This document shows positions 13,323 through 23,929 of a stretch of DNA of 37,561 bases, in pieces. The notes under the pieces are model-generated. The model was not told the DNA's origin, ran no database searches, and saw nothing but the letters and a program-made list of their open reading frames with translations. Within the stretch, counting starts at the first letter, position 1; the number at the start of each line of letters is the position of its first letter. A program made the translations under genes and the position numbers. This stretch comes from Octopus bimaculoides (lineage: Eukaryota). The stretch is from the NCBI RefSeq assembly GCF_001194135.2, contig NC_068986.1, forward strand, positions 87,785,550-87,823,110. The letters are read 5' to 3'.

Positions 13323-13536
13323 TGGTTTCAAATTTTGGGCACAAGGCCAGAAATGTTGGGAGAGTGGATGAGTCGAATACATCAACCCCAGTGTTCAACT
13401 GGTACTTACTTTGGCCACCCAGAAAGGATGAAATGCAACGTGCACTTCGGCAAAATTTGAACTCAGAACGTAAAGACGGACGAAATGCCGCCAAGCATTT
13501 TGCACGGCGTAATAGCGATTCTGCCAGCTCGCTGCC

Positions 13537-13538
<2 letters not shown>
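13323..13538 (-). mobile_element. tRNA-derived SINE family A, copy 1 (full length)
   Basis: Minus strand begins AAGGCAGCGAGCTGGCAGAATCG (A-box-like) and has GAGTTCAAATTTTG (B-box-like); aligns with the other copies; (AAT)-type repeats on both sides. Confidence 0.9.
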
Positions 13539-13573
<35 letters not shown>

Positions 13574-13597
13574 TAATAATAATAATAATAATAATAA

Positions 13598-13628
<31 letters not shown>

Positions 13629-13630
13629 AA
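13539..13630. repeat. (AAT)n then (AAG)n microsatellite
   Basis: Directly visible between SINE copies. Confidence 0.95.
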
Positions 13631-13640
13631 TTACCCTTAG

Positions 13641-13830
13641 TGTTATAGGCACAAGGCCTGACATTTGGTGGAGGGGTTAAGTCGATTACATCCACACCAG
13701 TGTTTCACTGGTACTTAATTTAAAGACCCCGAAAGAATGAAAGGCAAAGTCGACCGTGGCGGAATTCGAACTCAGAACGTTGCGACGGGTGAAATAGCGC
13801 TAAGCATTTCGTCCAGCGTGCTAACGATTC
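13641..13830 (-). mobile_element. SINE family A copy 2, lacking its first ~15 nt
   Basis: Aligns with copy 1; stops at GCTAACGATTC, where the tail of copy 3 joins. Confidence 0.85.
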
Positions 13831-13994
13831 CTTTCTACTCTAGACACAAGGCCCACAATTTTTCGGGAAGGGGCCAGTCGATTACATCGACCCCAGTACG
13901 CAACTGGTATTTAATTTATCGACCCGGAAAAGATGAAAGGCAAAGTCGAACTCGGCAGAATTTCAACTCAGAACATAAAGACAGGCGAAATACC
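13831..13994 (-). mobile_element. SINE family A copy 3, 5'-truncated
   Basis: Aligns with the other copies; stops at GAAATACC, where the tail of copy 4 joins. Confidence 0.85.
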
Positions 13995-14234
13995 TATTTC
14001 TTTACTGCCCACAAGGGGCTACACACAGAGGGGACAAACAAGGACAGACAAGGACAGACAAACGGATTAAGTCGATTATATCGACCCCAGTGCGTAACTG
14101 GTACTTAATTTATCGGTCCCGAAAGGATGAAAGGCAAAGTCGACCTCGGCGGACTTTGAACTCAGAACGCAGTGGCAGACGAAATACCGCTAATTTCGCC
14201 CGGCGTGCTAACGTTTCTGCCAGCTCGCCGCCTT
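13995..14234 (-). mobile_element. SINE family A copy 4, young subfamily with a distinct 3' tail
   Basis: Near-identical to 20253-20486. Central GACTTTGCCTTTCATCCTTTCGGG..CGATAAATTAAGTACCAG recalls the Meta-SINE domain (from memory, unverified). Tail ...CCCCTTGTGGGCAGTAAAGAAATA. Confidence 0.9.
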
Positions 14235-14253
14235 CATAGTAATAACAATAATA

Positions 14254-14477
14254 TTGGTTTCTACTATAGACACAAGATCTGAAACTTGGTGGGCGGGGAG
14301 GGGGTTGGTTAGTCGATTACATCACCTCAGTGCTCAACTGGTACCTATTTTATCGACCCCGAAAGAATAAATAAGCAAAATCGACCTCAAGGGAATTTGA
14401 ACTAAGAACGTGAAGACGGGCGAAATGCCACTTTGAAATATCGCCCGGTGAGTTAACGATTCTACACCTCGCTGACC
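14254..14477 (-). mobile_element. SINE family A copy 5 (older, full length)
   Basis: Aligns with the other copies; its 5' end abuts (AAT)n at ~14479-14560. Confidence 0.85.
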
Positions 14478-14497
14478 GAATAATAATAATAATAATA

Positions 14498-14562
<65 letters not shown>

Positions 14563-16340
14563 TGTTTTCTTTATTAGCCTCAAGGACTCAATGGGAGTCC
14601 TTGACTCGATGATAAAAACTAAAAGAGAAACTTTCACCATGGTTACAAGGAAATGTGGAGCGTAATTGAAAAATCGGAATAAGAACGTGCTAAATATGTA
14701 TATGTAATATATTGTTGAACGTATTAAGACTTTAAAAATCCATATATTTATACCATAGCACACGAAATAATTGAAACTAAATGTTAAAAGAAATAAAAGA
14801 TAGATATAAAACATACTAGGTTGGGACAGGGAATTCCACGCCCTAATTAACCAATTATTGAATTGGTTAAGTGTGCAACCGAATGCAGCAGTGAGAATTT
14901 TGGGGAAATTTTGTGCTGAAAATCTCTAACAATTTGGGTTTACGTTCCTTTAAGCTCGTGGTAATATCTGAAATGTGATTTTACTTAATAATCTGTTTTT
15001 TGCATATTGCTTATATTTTGCATCTAACCATTTTTGTTAGTTTCAATCATTCTAAATTCTCATAAAAATCATGGCAATATAGATACAAAATTTTGTGAAG
15101 TAAATATGAATATTATTTTCGCCGGACATTCTATTTTTTTTTTCGGGAAATCCGTGGAAATACAAATATGTAATTTTGTCTATTAATCTTTTATTTGATT
15201 TCTGGAGGATGGTGAATTTCTATTCTTCTTCGTATCCTAAATTTTGTTCATTATTTTCCAAGTAGAGGCGTTATTGTTGTTTGGAAGAAATAGTTTTCTC
15301 TCACCCATAAGCATGGTTTACGTTGAATCCTCTTGTAATCTGTTTTGATATATATATTTTTTTCCTTTTGTATTTTGTCCCTCGGTTTGTAGCATTACAT
15401 TTACAGCTATTATTTTTTCCTTATTGTATGATGTTGGAATTGGTTAGGGACGTGCTGTTGCCTCATTTTTTTTTAGTACTGGGCATAAATATTCTCACGC
15501 CACACCAGAGCATCATACTGTTTTGAAAAACGAATGCTTGTTTTTCTTGTATCTGTACTTTTGGCTCCATTATTTTCGCTTATTTCTTTTGTTTATTTCT
15601 TTGCCTTTCTAGTTCTTCGGGTAATCGACAATTAATTCTGTGGTATTTCTTACCACGACAAATCTAGCAGTTAGCTATTTGTCTTATATAATTAATCTCG
15701 TGTCTCAGTGCTTTCCGCTGTACACACTGCTCGTATCGGTTATTGGTCTTTGGGATTCATTGGAACTTGCAGAATTTTTTTTGACGTCCCCTGACCACAT
15801 GCCACATTTCGTTCCTCCTTCCTTAAATATTCGTTCATACTGCGTTGCAAAACTGATGATTAGCTATGAATGCAAATCACTTATCATCACTCTTGTGTTT
15901 CTTTGATCTCTTTACGGGGACACAAATATATGAGTGGAGTTTTATCTGATTATTTCAGCCTATATTATTGGTGAGTTTTCAGTTTCGAATGAAGAGCTGA
16001 TAGTTCCATAATTTTTAGAGATTCTTTTTGTCTAGTTTGTACTAAGAGAATGGTCTCTTTGACACAACCACTGTGTTTAAGCCCAATACACCGTAAAGTA
16101 AAGAATATGAAATAAAAGTAAATATCATAGAACCTCAATACAGATAGATAAGAAACAAAACACATTTTTTCCTAAAATACCCATGTGTAGGAAGAAGAAA
16201 GAAAGTGTCTCCCGACAGACCGTCCTGTAGTTTGGTGACGGCTCATCAGAGAATACGTACACCGCTTCCATCCACAATCGAGGCATAGATCAGCTGGTTA
16301 CAAATCAGTCCCGAATAAGGCTAGCGCCGTGTTGAGTAGC

Positions 16341-16544
16341 CTTGACACAAGGCCAACAATTATTTTTTGTGAGGAGAGAATGGGGTAAGTCGATTAACTG
16401 CTCAACAGGTACTTATATTATTGTTCCCAAAAGGATGAAAGGCAAAGTTTACCGCAGGGAATTTGAACGCAGAACATAAAGACAGGGGGAATGCTGCTTT
16501 GCACCTTGCCAGGCGTACTAGCGATTTTGCCAGCTCACCGCATT
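16341..16544 (-). mobile_element. SINE family A copy 6 (decayed)
   Basis: Shared GGATGAAAGGCAAAGT, GAATTTGAAC.CAGAAC and GCCAGCTCACCGC blocks. Confidence 0.85.
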
Positions 16545-17274
16545 AATGGCTCGTAATATATTACAAAATATCTATGCACCACTAAGCGTAATTGAACAAC
16601 AATATAAAGATATTAGTGTTCGAGATCATATAAGAATCACCTGTACTGTCATTGTCATTACTATCACTATCTTTGAAATTAGTTGTTTGTGGGTTTCAGA
16701 TATCTTAATCTATTGGTCACTTAGCTGTTCAGTTCTCATTCGTTTATTACATTATTTTATGTCACTCTGTTTAGTGATTAAAAAAAAAAACTCTTTACTA
16801 TTGCAGTGTTGATCCATGGGGGTTATGTATGTTTGACAACCGTTTTGGATATAAAAATTTAATTAAAATTTTTTTAAAAAATGTATGCTTCTGAAGCATG
16901 TTTTTTTCTAGGTCTTGAGGTAACAATAGTTTTATTTTACAAGTACTCCAAAGAAAATTTCATTGATAATATACAACTAACGTATTGAAAAAAAATATAA
17001 GTAAAATACAGAATATATATAAAATTATATAAAACTCTGAATTGTCAAAGTAAGTAATTTAAATAGAGACAACAATTATTGTAACTTTCCTACACACGGG
17101 TCAGAACACGCTGGCTGAGTTTGGTCAGATTGCCCCTCAAAATTCATCATCTTTTATACACTGAAATTGTTTTATATTCTGACACAACGTAAAAAATCCG
17201 GAAATATTAATCAATATACAGACACACACACGCATGCACTCACACACACACACGCATGCACTCACACACACATA

Positions 17275-17311
<37 letters not shown>

Positions 17312-17525
17312 GAGAATATACGAAAAAACAACAACAGACGAGGACAGGTGGTGTAAATAACAAACGGTGATCGAAGAACGAGGGGCTGTGTGTGGGAGAT
17401 AGAATGCTGGTGATCNNNNNNNNNNAGGTAGGGGTCTGTGGGTAGGGGTATGTGGGTAGGGGTGGGTGGTGGGTGTAAGGAATTGGATGGGGTGGAGTAT
17501 GTATGTATATATAAACGTGTGTGTG

Positions 17526-17668
17526 TAGGAGTGGCTGTGTGGTAAGTAGCTTGCTTACCAACCACATGGTCGCGGGTTCAGTCCTACTGCGTGACACCTT
17601 GGGCAAGTGTCTTCTTCTGAAGCTTCGGGCCGACCAAAGCCTTGTGAGTGGTTTTGGTAGACGGAAAC
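17526..17668 (+). mobile_element. tRNA-derived SINE family B, 5' half
   Basis: GTGGCTGTGTGGTAAG (A-box-like), CGGGTTCAGTCC (B-box-like), then CACCTTGGGCAAGTGTC, resembling the start of the CORE-SINE core; ends in (TG)n. Related copies at ~23198 and ~37335. Confidence 0.8.
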
Positions 17669-18010
17669 ATATGTGTGTGTGTGTGTGTGTGTGTGTTTGT
17701 CCAACAACGAAAAAAAAAAAAACAGAGAAACGAGACATGCAACATAAAGAGTATAACCCTTCGTCAGTTGTCCCTGTTCTATCTACCCCGCGTTTCGAAG
17801 GCAAGGACAATACGCGATTTCGTTGGAACAGTCCTTCCCGCAAAGCAAATTAAATAAAATTTGGAATTTTTTGTGGAGGGTGAAAGATCAGGACAGAGAG
17901 AACAAGACAGTAAAAACAAACAGCGAGGTCTGTTAAGCCAAGACCAGCTTGCACTGCCACCTACTTATATCTGCTTTGCGTTCCTCTCTGTAATTTACAT
18001 ACTGTGAGTT

Positions 18011-18075
18011 GCCGCATAGCGCTACCAGTCGCTGCATAGCGCTACCAGTCGCCGCATAGCGCTACCAGTCGCCGT
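18011..18075. repeat. 20-bp minisatellite, ~3.2 units (GCCGCATAGCGCTACCAGTC)
   Basis: Units at 18011, 18031 and 18051, plus a partial unit at 18071. Confidence 0.95.
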
Positions 18076-18132
18076 ATGCTACTGGAAAGGCATAAGAGAA
18101 TCAGACTCTTCAATCAGCTTGTAATGTCGCCT

Positions 18133-18198
18133 GCATGGTGTCTGTGGCCGAGGAGGAGATAATTCCTCCGAAACGCTAGCATCTCACAGTCTAGATGT
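18133..18198 (+). ncRNA. Degenerate type I hammerhead ribozyme motif (Penelope/retrozyme-like)
   Basis: Stem I CTGTGG(18142-47)/TCACAG(18184-89); core CCGAGGA (18148-54; CUGANGA with U4C); stem II GGAG/CTCC with a 7-nt loop; GAAAC (18170-74); helix III ACGC-TA-GCAT with one mismatch; cleavage triplet ATC (18181-83). Confidence 0.65.
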
Positions 18199-20054
18199 CT
18201 GGCGCTGTGAGCTGATCTAAGTGTATACACGTCATTTGTCAACAAATGGGGTATATTTTACATGGCAAAACGCATTGACTAGCTTGTTCACCAGTTCGAA
18301 CGTGCATCATGCAGAATCAGACTGATAATAGCATTACATATACATATATGCTTATACATCACCACTAAAACCTTCCTTTATTGAGATAAGGTCCAGGAAT
18401 TAAAAATGTTCTCAAAATACACAAAATAATTAGAAGTAAGACAACCAAAATCATTTAATAAATGATTCTCCAGCACCACTAAAAATGAAACGTCAATAGC
18501 CAACAAAATTCGTCGCCCAAACTGCAAACCTGCATTAAACATATTAAACATACACCTAATATATTTAAATGAGGATACACCATAAATAAAACATTACTCT
18601 GCCTCTTCGTTAAAAATTTCAATTTAAATTCTTAAATATAAAGTTTGTAACGAAGATTTCAGAAGATAAACGAAACTAAAGAAACAAATTTATTTTTCAT
18701 CGTTAAAAATCGAAGATTCCAAATTGACAGATTCCACTAAGTAAACATGTAGACTTAAGCACAGCAAAATAAGACCCTATAATTCTAAGCTTTCCATATT
18801 TAACTATATTCTGACAAAACCACTCATCAAATACGGAATAATGAAAAAGGATGTTTATTAAAATATATAAGACAGCAACTGAATAAGTTATAACAACATA
18901 CTGTAACAATACATTGACAAATACTATATCACCAAAGCATTACACTATTGATTTTCACATTATCCCACACAAACATGCAATTCCTATACAAGCAATTTAT
19001 TTGTTTACTTCAGCTATTCTGATGATCTGTCGTTCACTTTGTCACATGACTCATTCACTGGATTAATACAGACGTGGACTTCTGAAGCAATTATTGGTCT
19101 TACACTCACGTGACTTATTACGCTGACATTGCATGCAGGTGTTATTCAAACTGCCATGTATTTCTAATAATATGCGGATATCGAAGTAAATTAACAAATT
19201 TCTGTGTCTGACCTCGTGGCCATCTTCAACCAATTAAACTGTATCTTCCCTAATGTCAATCTGAGCCACATTCCTTCGATGAAAAAAAAAAAAAAAGGAT
19301 TTTTCGAATTCTGGTCAAAGGTGTGATACTTAAGGCACAGTTCCACGTTCTTCCTTCTAAATTCGATTTTTGAAAATCTTAGAATTGTGAAACTGGTTTA
19401 ATATAAATAAATGTTCTTCAAGACGCAGAGTGTATGTCATTTCGATCTGACTGGATCTCTTTGATGGGCATAAGTTTGCCAGGCATGGAAGCAGTTTAGC
19501 CTCGCTTGCAATATAGAAAATACAGTGTCATACAACCACTGGTTTAGTAACTAGGAAAGTAGTCCGTTAGAAAATCTGTGTTCGAGAGAGAAGCATCGTA
19601 TACTGACTCTATCTGAAACATAAATTTTATAACGTATTAGTTTCATATATTCATATGTATATATATATATACATATACNNNNNNNNNNGTATATAATTAT
19701 TAATCCATGCAAATGCTTGTAGAAAAGAAATGAAGTTAAGTGTACAGAGAAATATCAGAATTTTGTTAGATTTTAAAACACTTGACTAGTTTCGAATTTG
19801 TTTACCAAAAGCATACCTTATATGGAGCTGTGTCGCAAACTGTTTTAAAACTTGTTTATTTTAGGGAAAGTATGTGGTTCCGCATGCTAACCGTTAATAT
19901 ACAAACTGATTGGTCAACGCACATTGTTTCTAGGTCATGTGACAGCTGCCATACTTATCGCGGTGTATCTTAATGGGTCTTCTATCATTGTAAAGGATTT
20001 ACACTACCATTGCCGTCACCAACACAAACATCGCGACTGACGTTGTGAATAATA

Positions 20055-20252
20055 TTTTCGACTCTCGGCACAAGGCCCGAAATTTTGGGAGGAGGGGGCC
20101 AGTTGATTAGATCGACACCAGTACGCAACTGGTGCTTAATGTATCGATTCTGAAAGGAATGAAAAGCAAAGTCGACCTCAGCGGAATTTCAACTCAGAAC
20201 ATAAAGAAAGACGAAATACCGCTAAGCATTTCACCCGGCCTGCTAACGTTTC
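20055..20252 (-). mobile_element. SINE family A copy 7 (older tail type, lacking its first ~15 nt)
   Basis: Aligns with the family; stops at GCTAACGTTTC, at the junction with copy 8. Confidence 0.88.
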
Positions 20253-20486
20253 TTATTTCTTTATTGCCCACAAGGGGCTAAACATAGAGGGGACAAACAA
20301 GGACAGACAAATGGATTAAGTCGATTATATCGACCCCAATGCGTAACTGGTACTTATTTAAAAGACCCCGAAAGGATGAAAGGCAAAGTCGACCTCGGCG
20401 AAATTTGAACTCAGAACGTAACGGCAGACGAAATACTGCTAAGCATTTCGCCCGGCGTGCTAACGTTTCTGCCAGCTCGCCGCCTT
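20253..20486 (-). mobile_element. SINE family A copy 8 (young subfamily, full length)
   Basis: Near-identical to copy 4. ACGTTGTGAAT at 20040-20050 and 20487-20497 flanks the copy 7+8 dimer. Confidence 0.92.
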
Positions 20487-20672
20487 ACGTTGTGAATGAT
20501 GTTGCAATCACTGAACATCAACACTTGCACTACCATTAATATAAGGTTGCAATAACCAGTTCTAAAGCTTGAACTCCACAGAATAACGGACACCTGAACT
20601 ACTTACCAATAATGTCACCCACTACTGACACTAAAACCATAGTTAAGATCATCGCTAGGACTAGATATCGGA

Positions 20673-20888
20673 TCTTAAATTTTGGTAGAGGGCCAGCAAT
20701 TTGTGGGGAGGTGGTAATTCGATTACGTCAACCCCAGCCACTGCTTAACTGGTACTCATTTTATTGAGCCTGAAAGGATGAAAGGCACAGTCGACCCCCG
20801 TGGAATTTGAACTCGGATCACAAAGACGACAGAAAGGCCGTTAAGCATCTTCACCAGCGTGCTTCTAATTCTGTTAGCTCACCGTCTT
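20673..20888 (-). mobile_element. SINE family A copy 9 (decayed)
   Basis: Shared GAAAGGATGAAAGGCA.AGTCGAC and GGAATTTGAACTC blocks. Confidence 0.8.
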
Positions 20889-20929
20889 ACTAAGACTACA
20901 TATTGACAATACGATGTTGAACTTAAGAT

Positions 20930-21590
20930 GATTGTGATGGTAGTCGTAATGAGATGGTGGTGATAGTGGTGGTGAAAGTGGTAGTAGTTGTGGTGGTAGT
21001 AGTGGTAGTGAAAATTGTAGTTTTTGTACTGTTTTTGACTGCTGTGGTGGAGTTCGTTGCGTTGTTGGATGTGGTGGTATCGGTAGTGGTAATGATGAGG
21101 ATGATCTTTGTGGTGATAGATGTAGTGGTGGTGATGGTGATAGTGATTGTTGTGATGACTGTGATGGTGGCAGTGGTACTGTGATGATGTCGATGATGGT
21201 GATGTTGGTAATGTTGGTGGTGGTGGTGGTGACGAGGGATAGTGTTGTTGGCAATCCTGTTGGCAATGATGGTAATGGTTATGGTGATGACAGTGTTTTG
21301 GATAGATGTGTTGCTGGTAGAGATGCTGGTGGTGGTGGCGGTGGTGATGTTGGTGGTGGAAGTGATGGCTGGGATGGTAGTAATAGTGGTGGTGGTGGCG
21401 ATGATGGAGGTGGTGATGGTGAGAGTTGTAAAGGGAGCCAATGATGGTGGTGGTGGTAGTGGAGGTTCTGGTGAAGGCAATGTGAATGGTGGCAGTGGTC
21501 TTGGTGATGATGATGGCGATGGTGGTAGTGATGGCGCTAAGATGGCGTTGGTAACAGTAGCAGTAGTTGTAGTGTTGGTGTTGGCTTAGG
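20930..21590. repeat. Degenerate (GGT/GAT/TAG)n low-complexity tract
   Basis: Directly visible; yields the T-, V- and G-rich pseudo-ORFs. Confidence 0.9.
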
Positions 21591-22507
21591 GATGGCGGTG
21601 GGTGGTTTCATGTGTAAAAAAAAACAGCAGAGGAATTTATGAGACTAACGTAATCACTGCAATAAAAACATACATAAATCACCCTACAAGAACAACTACA
21701 CTGACATCCACAACAACAGCAACAACTACAACATAACAACGAATATAACAACAAAAGTTACAACAACAACAACAACGACAATACCTATTCTAACAACTTC
21801 AACGAAGTTTATAACAACAAAGACCTCAACATCGGCTGTTACTTCTGCTGTGAAAAAGCAAATAAAATAAAACACCAACCACTAAAACAGCTACTAGACT
21901 AACACCACCAATAACAACGAGACAATGCCGGCGGCGGTGGAGGCGGTGGAGGAGGTAGTGAAGATGATGTTGATGATGATTTATAATCTAATTCAGCCCT
22001 AAATTTGCATACCTGTAATCAAATGCGTTCCATCCGTGACAATCTCGCTTTTTATTTTAGAACATATGTAGCGCTACAATGTCTTCATGTATGCCTTTTT
22101 CTTATGTATATTTGAAGAAAATATGGTATGATCTGCAGAAGATTTGGATGATATTTCTAGCAGCTTTAGCGGCCACGTAGGGACCTTGTTGTTTGTTATG
22201 GGAACTTTTATGAGGTCCTTCAACATTCTAAAAGAATAACCGCATCAGCGTCAAACAGTGATGAGGAATAAACGAAACGTAGGTTAGTTGAAATATGTCT
22301 GTGACATATTTTAACTTCTAAAGGCAAATTTCTGACTCTAGCCTTCTCCAATGGAAAAGACCCAAGGAAGGCAACCTTGGGCAAACTCACACCCACAGCT
22401 TTAAGTAAAGAGCAGTCAGCATCAGTGACTAACTTGCTCTTGTGGCTTGCCAGATCAGAATTAAAATAGCAGCATCAGTGTGAAGCGTTGATTAGAAATA
22501 AACGGAC

Positions 22508-22770
22508 TTAGTAAAATATGCCTGTGGCGTATTTTAAATTCTAAAGACAAATTCACTGCAGTTACCACGGAGAAAAAATTCTCTCTTATGGTAAAAGGTG
22601 TTAAACCCTTCCATATTTCCCACCGAGGGAGGCTAAACAGCCAGAAGCACCTGTCTGAGCAAGTATGGTGTTTACATATTTTACCAGAAGAGAGAATTTT
22701 TTTTCTCCACGGTAATTGCAGTGAATTTGCCTTTAGATGTAAGAATATGTCAGAAATATATTTTAAGTAA
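22508..22770. repeat. ~90-bp imperfect inverted repeat (arms 22508-22596 and 22679-22770), plus a partial direct copy at ~22242-22331
   Basis: The reverse complement of the right arm matches the left arm (AAATTCACTGCA.TTACC..GGAGAAAAA..TTCTCTCTT.TGGTAAAA). Confidence 0.85.
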
Positions 22771-23197
22771 AATAAAGTTCTTTTGTTCTAAAATAATCAG
22801 CCAGTTATGTCGTTTTGAGATGAGAGACACATTGGATAGGAACGATAATTCAAGTTATTGTGAGCTTAGAAATGTGTGGGCAAAAGTTAATGGAGTTCTA
22901 TGGAAAACCCTAAATACATACAGGGCTCGGGAATTTTTAAATATTTAAACCAGTTTTAATATTTATTTCAAATTCAATTCAAAAACAAAACCCGTCTCAA
23001 GATGAGTAGGCTGATAAGTTATCAAGAAACAGAAAATATAATTTATGACGCATCAGACTCCATTTTGTGTTATATAAATTCTGGACATTTGTTAATAAAT
23101 TTTCATTAAAAATTCAACATTGGATTCATTAATCGATGCTAATATCTAAAAAGAAAGAGCGAAAAAAAAAGAAAAACTAAAGGAAACTTAGATATTT

Positions 23198-23339
23198 GAG
23201 AGCATGGTTGTTTGGATAAGAAACTCGCTTTGCAGCCACGCGGTTTCCCGTTCTGTACCACTACGTAGCACTGTATCCAAGGACCATGCAATGCCTTGTG
23301 AGTTAATTTGCTAGAGGGAAAGTGCGTGAAAGTCCACCG

Positions 23340-23373
<34 letters not shown>

Positions 23374-23586
23374 TGTATGTGTAAATGTCTATGTGTGTGT
23401 GTGTGTGTGTATGTATTTAGGTGTGTGCATTTGTTCACTCGTGTCCCCTAACTCAGTGATTCAGCAAAAGTGTTAAATAGAATAAGTTTCAGATTTACTG
23501 AGGTCAGCGTTTTCAACTTGAAACGTTCAAGGCAGTGTCACAACATGGCCACAGTCTAATGGATGAGACAAATAAACAGGAAAAGA
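23198..23586 (+). mobile_element. SINE family B, decayed near-full-length copy with an internal (ATGT)n/(TG)n tract
   Basis: Head resembles 17526-17668 (GCCTTGTGAGT..ATTTG.TAGA.GGAAA); 3' half resembles 66-250. Confidence 0.65.
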
Positions 23587-23929
23587 TATGTTGGATTCCA
23601 TGATACCATAGCTTCTTGTTAGAATCGTAGGATCGTGTTGACGTACAGTGTATCTAGATCTAACCAAAGTCTGTTTCTTTCACGAGGCCAGAAAGTAACC
23701 CTAATAAATGATTAGTATTTTATTTGGCAATTCCAAAATGATGAAAGACAAATTTGACCACGCCGGCATTTGAAGATAATACTTAGAGAGCCTGAACATT
23801 TATTGCAATTATTCTAGATGACGGTCTGATTATTCTGCCAATTGGCTACTGATAGGATAGCCTAAGAAAATATGTATAAAGCTAATTAAACTGTGTACAA
23901 TTAGCCTTACTTTTGATCAAACAATCAGT

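Noticed and set aside
16211-16256. Minus-strand CTGATGAGCC...AAAC hammerhead-like motif
   Set aside because: Stem II does not close, G12 is missing and there is no stem I pairing.
17740-17830. Minus-strand GAAACG...CTGACGA as a type II hammerhead
   Set aside because: Stem II register is wrong, and stems I and III cannot be formed.
19905-19945. Promoter from CCAAT (TGATTGG) and GTCATGTGAC motifs
   Set aside because: Short motifs with no associated gene start or CpG island.
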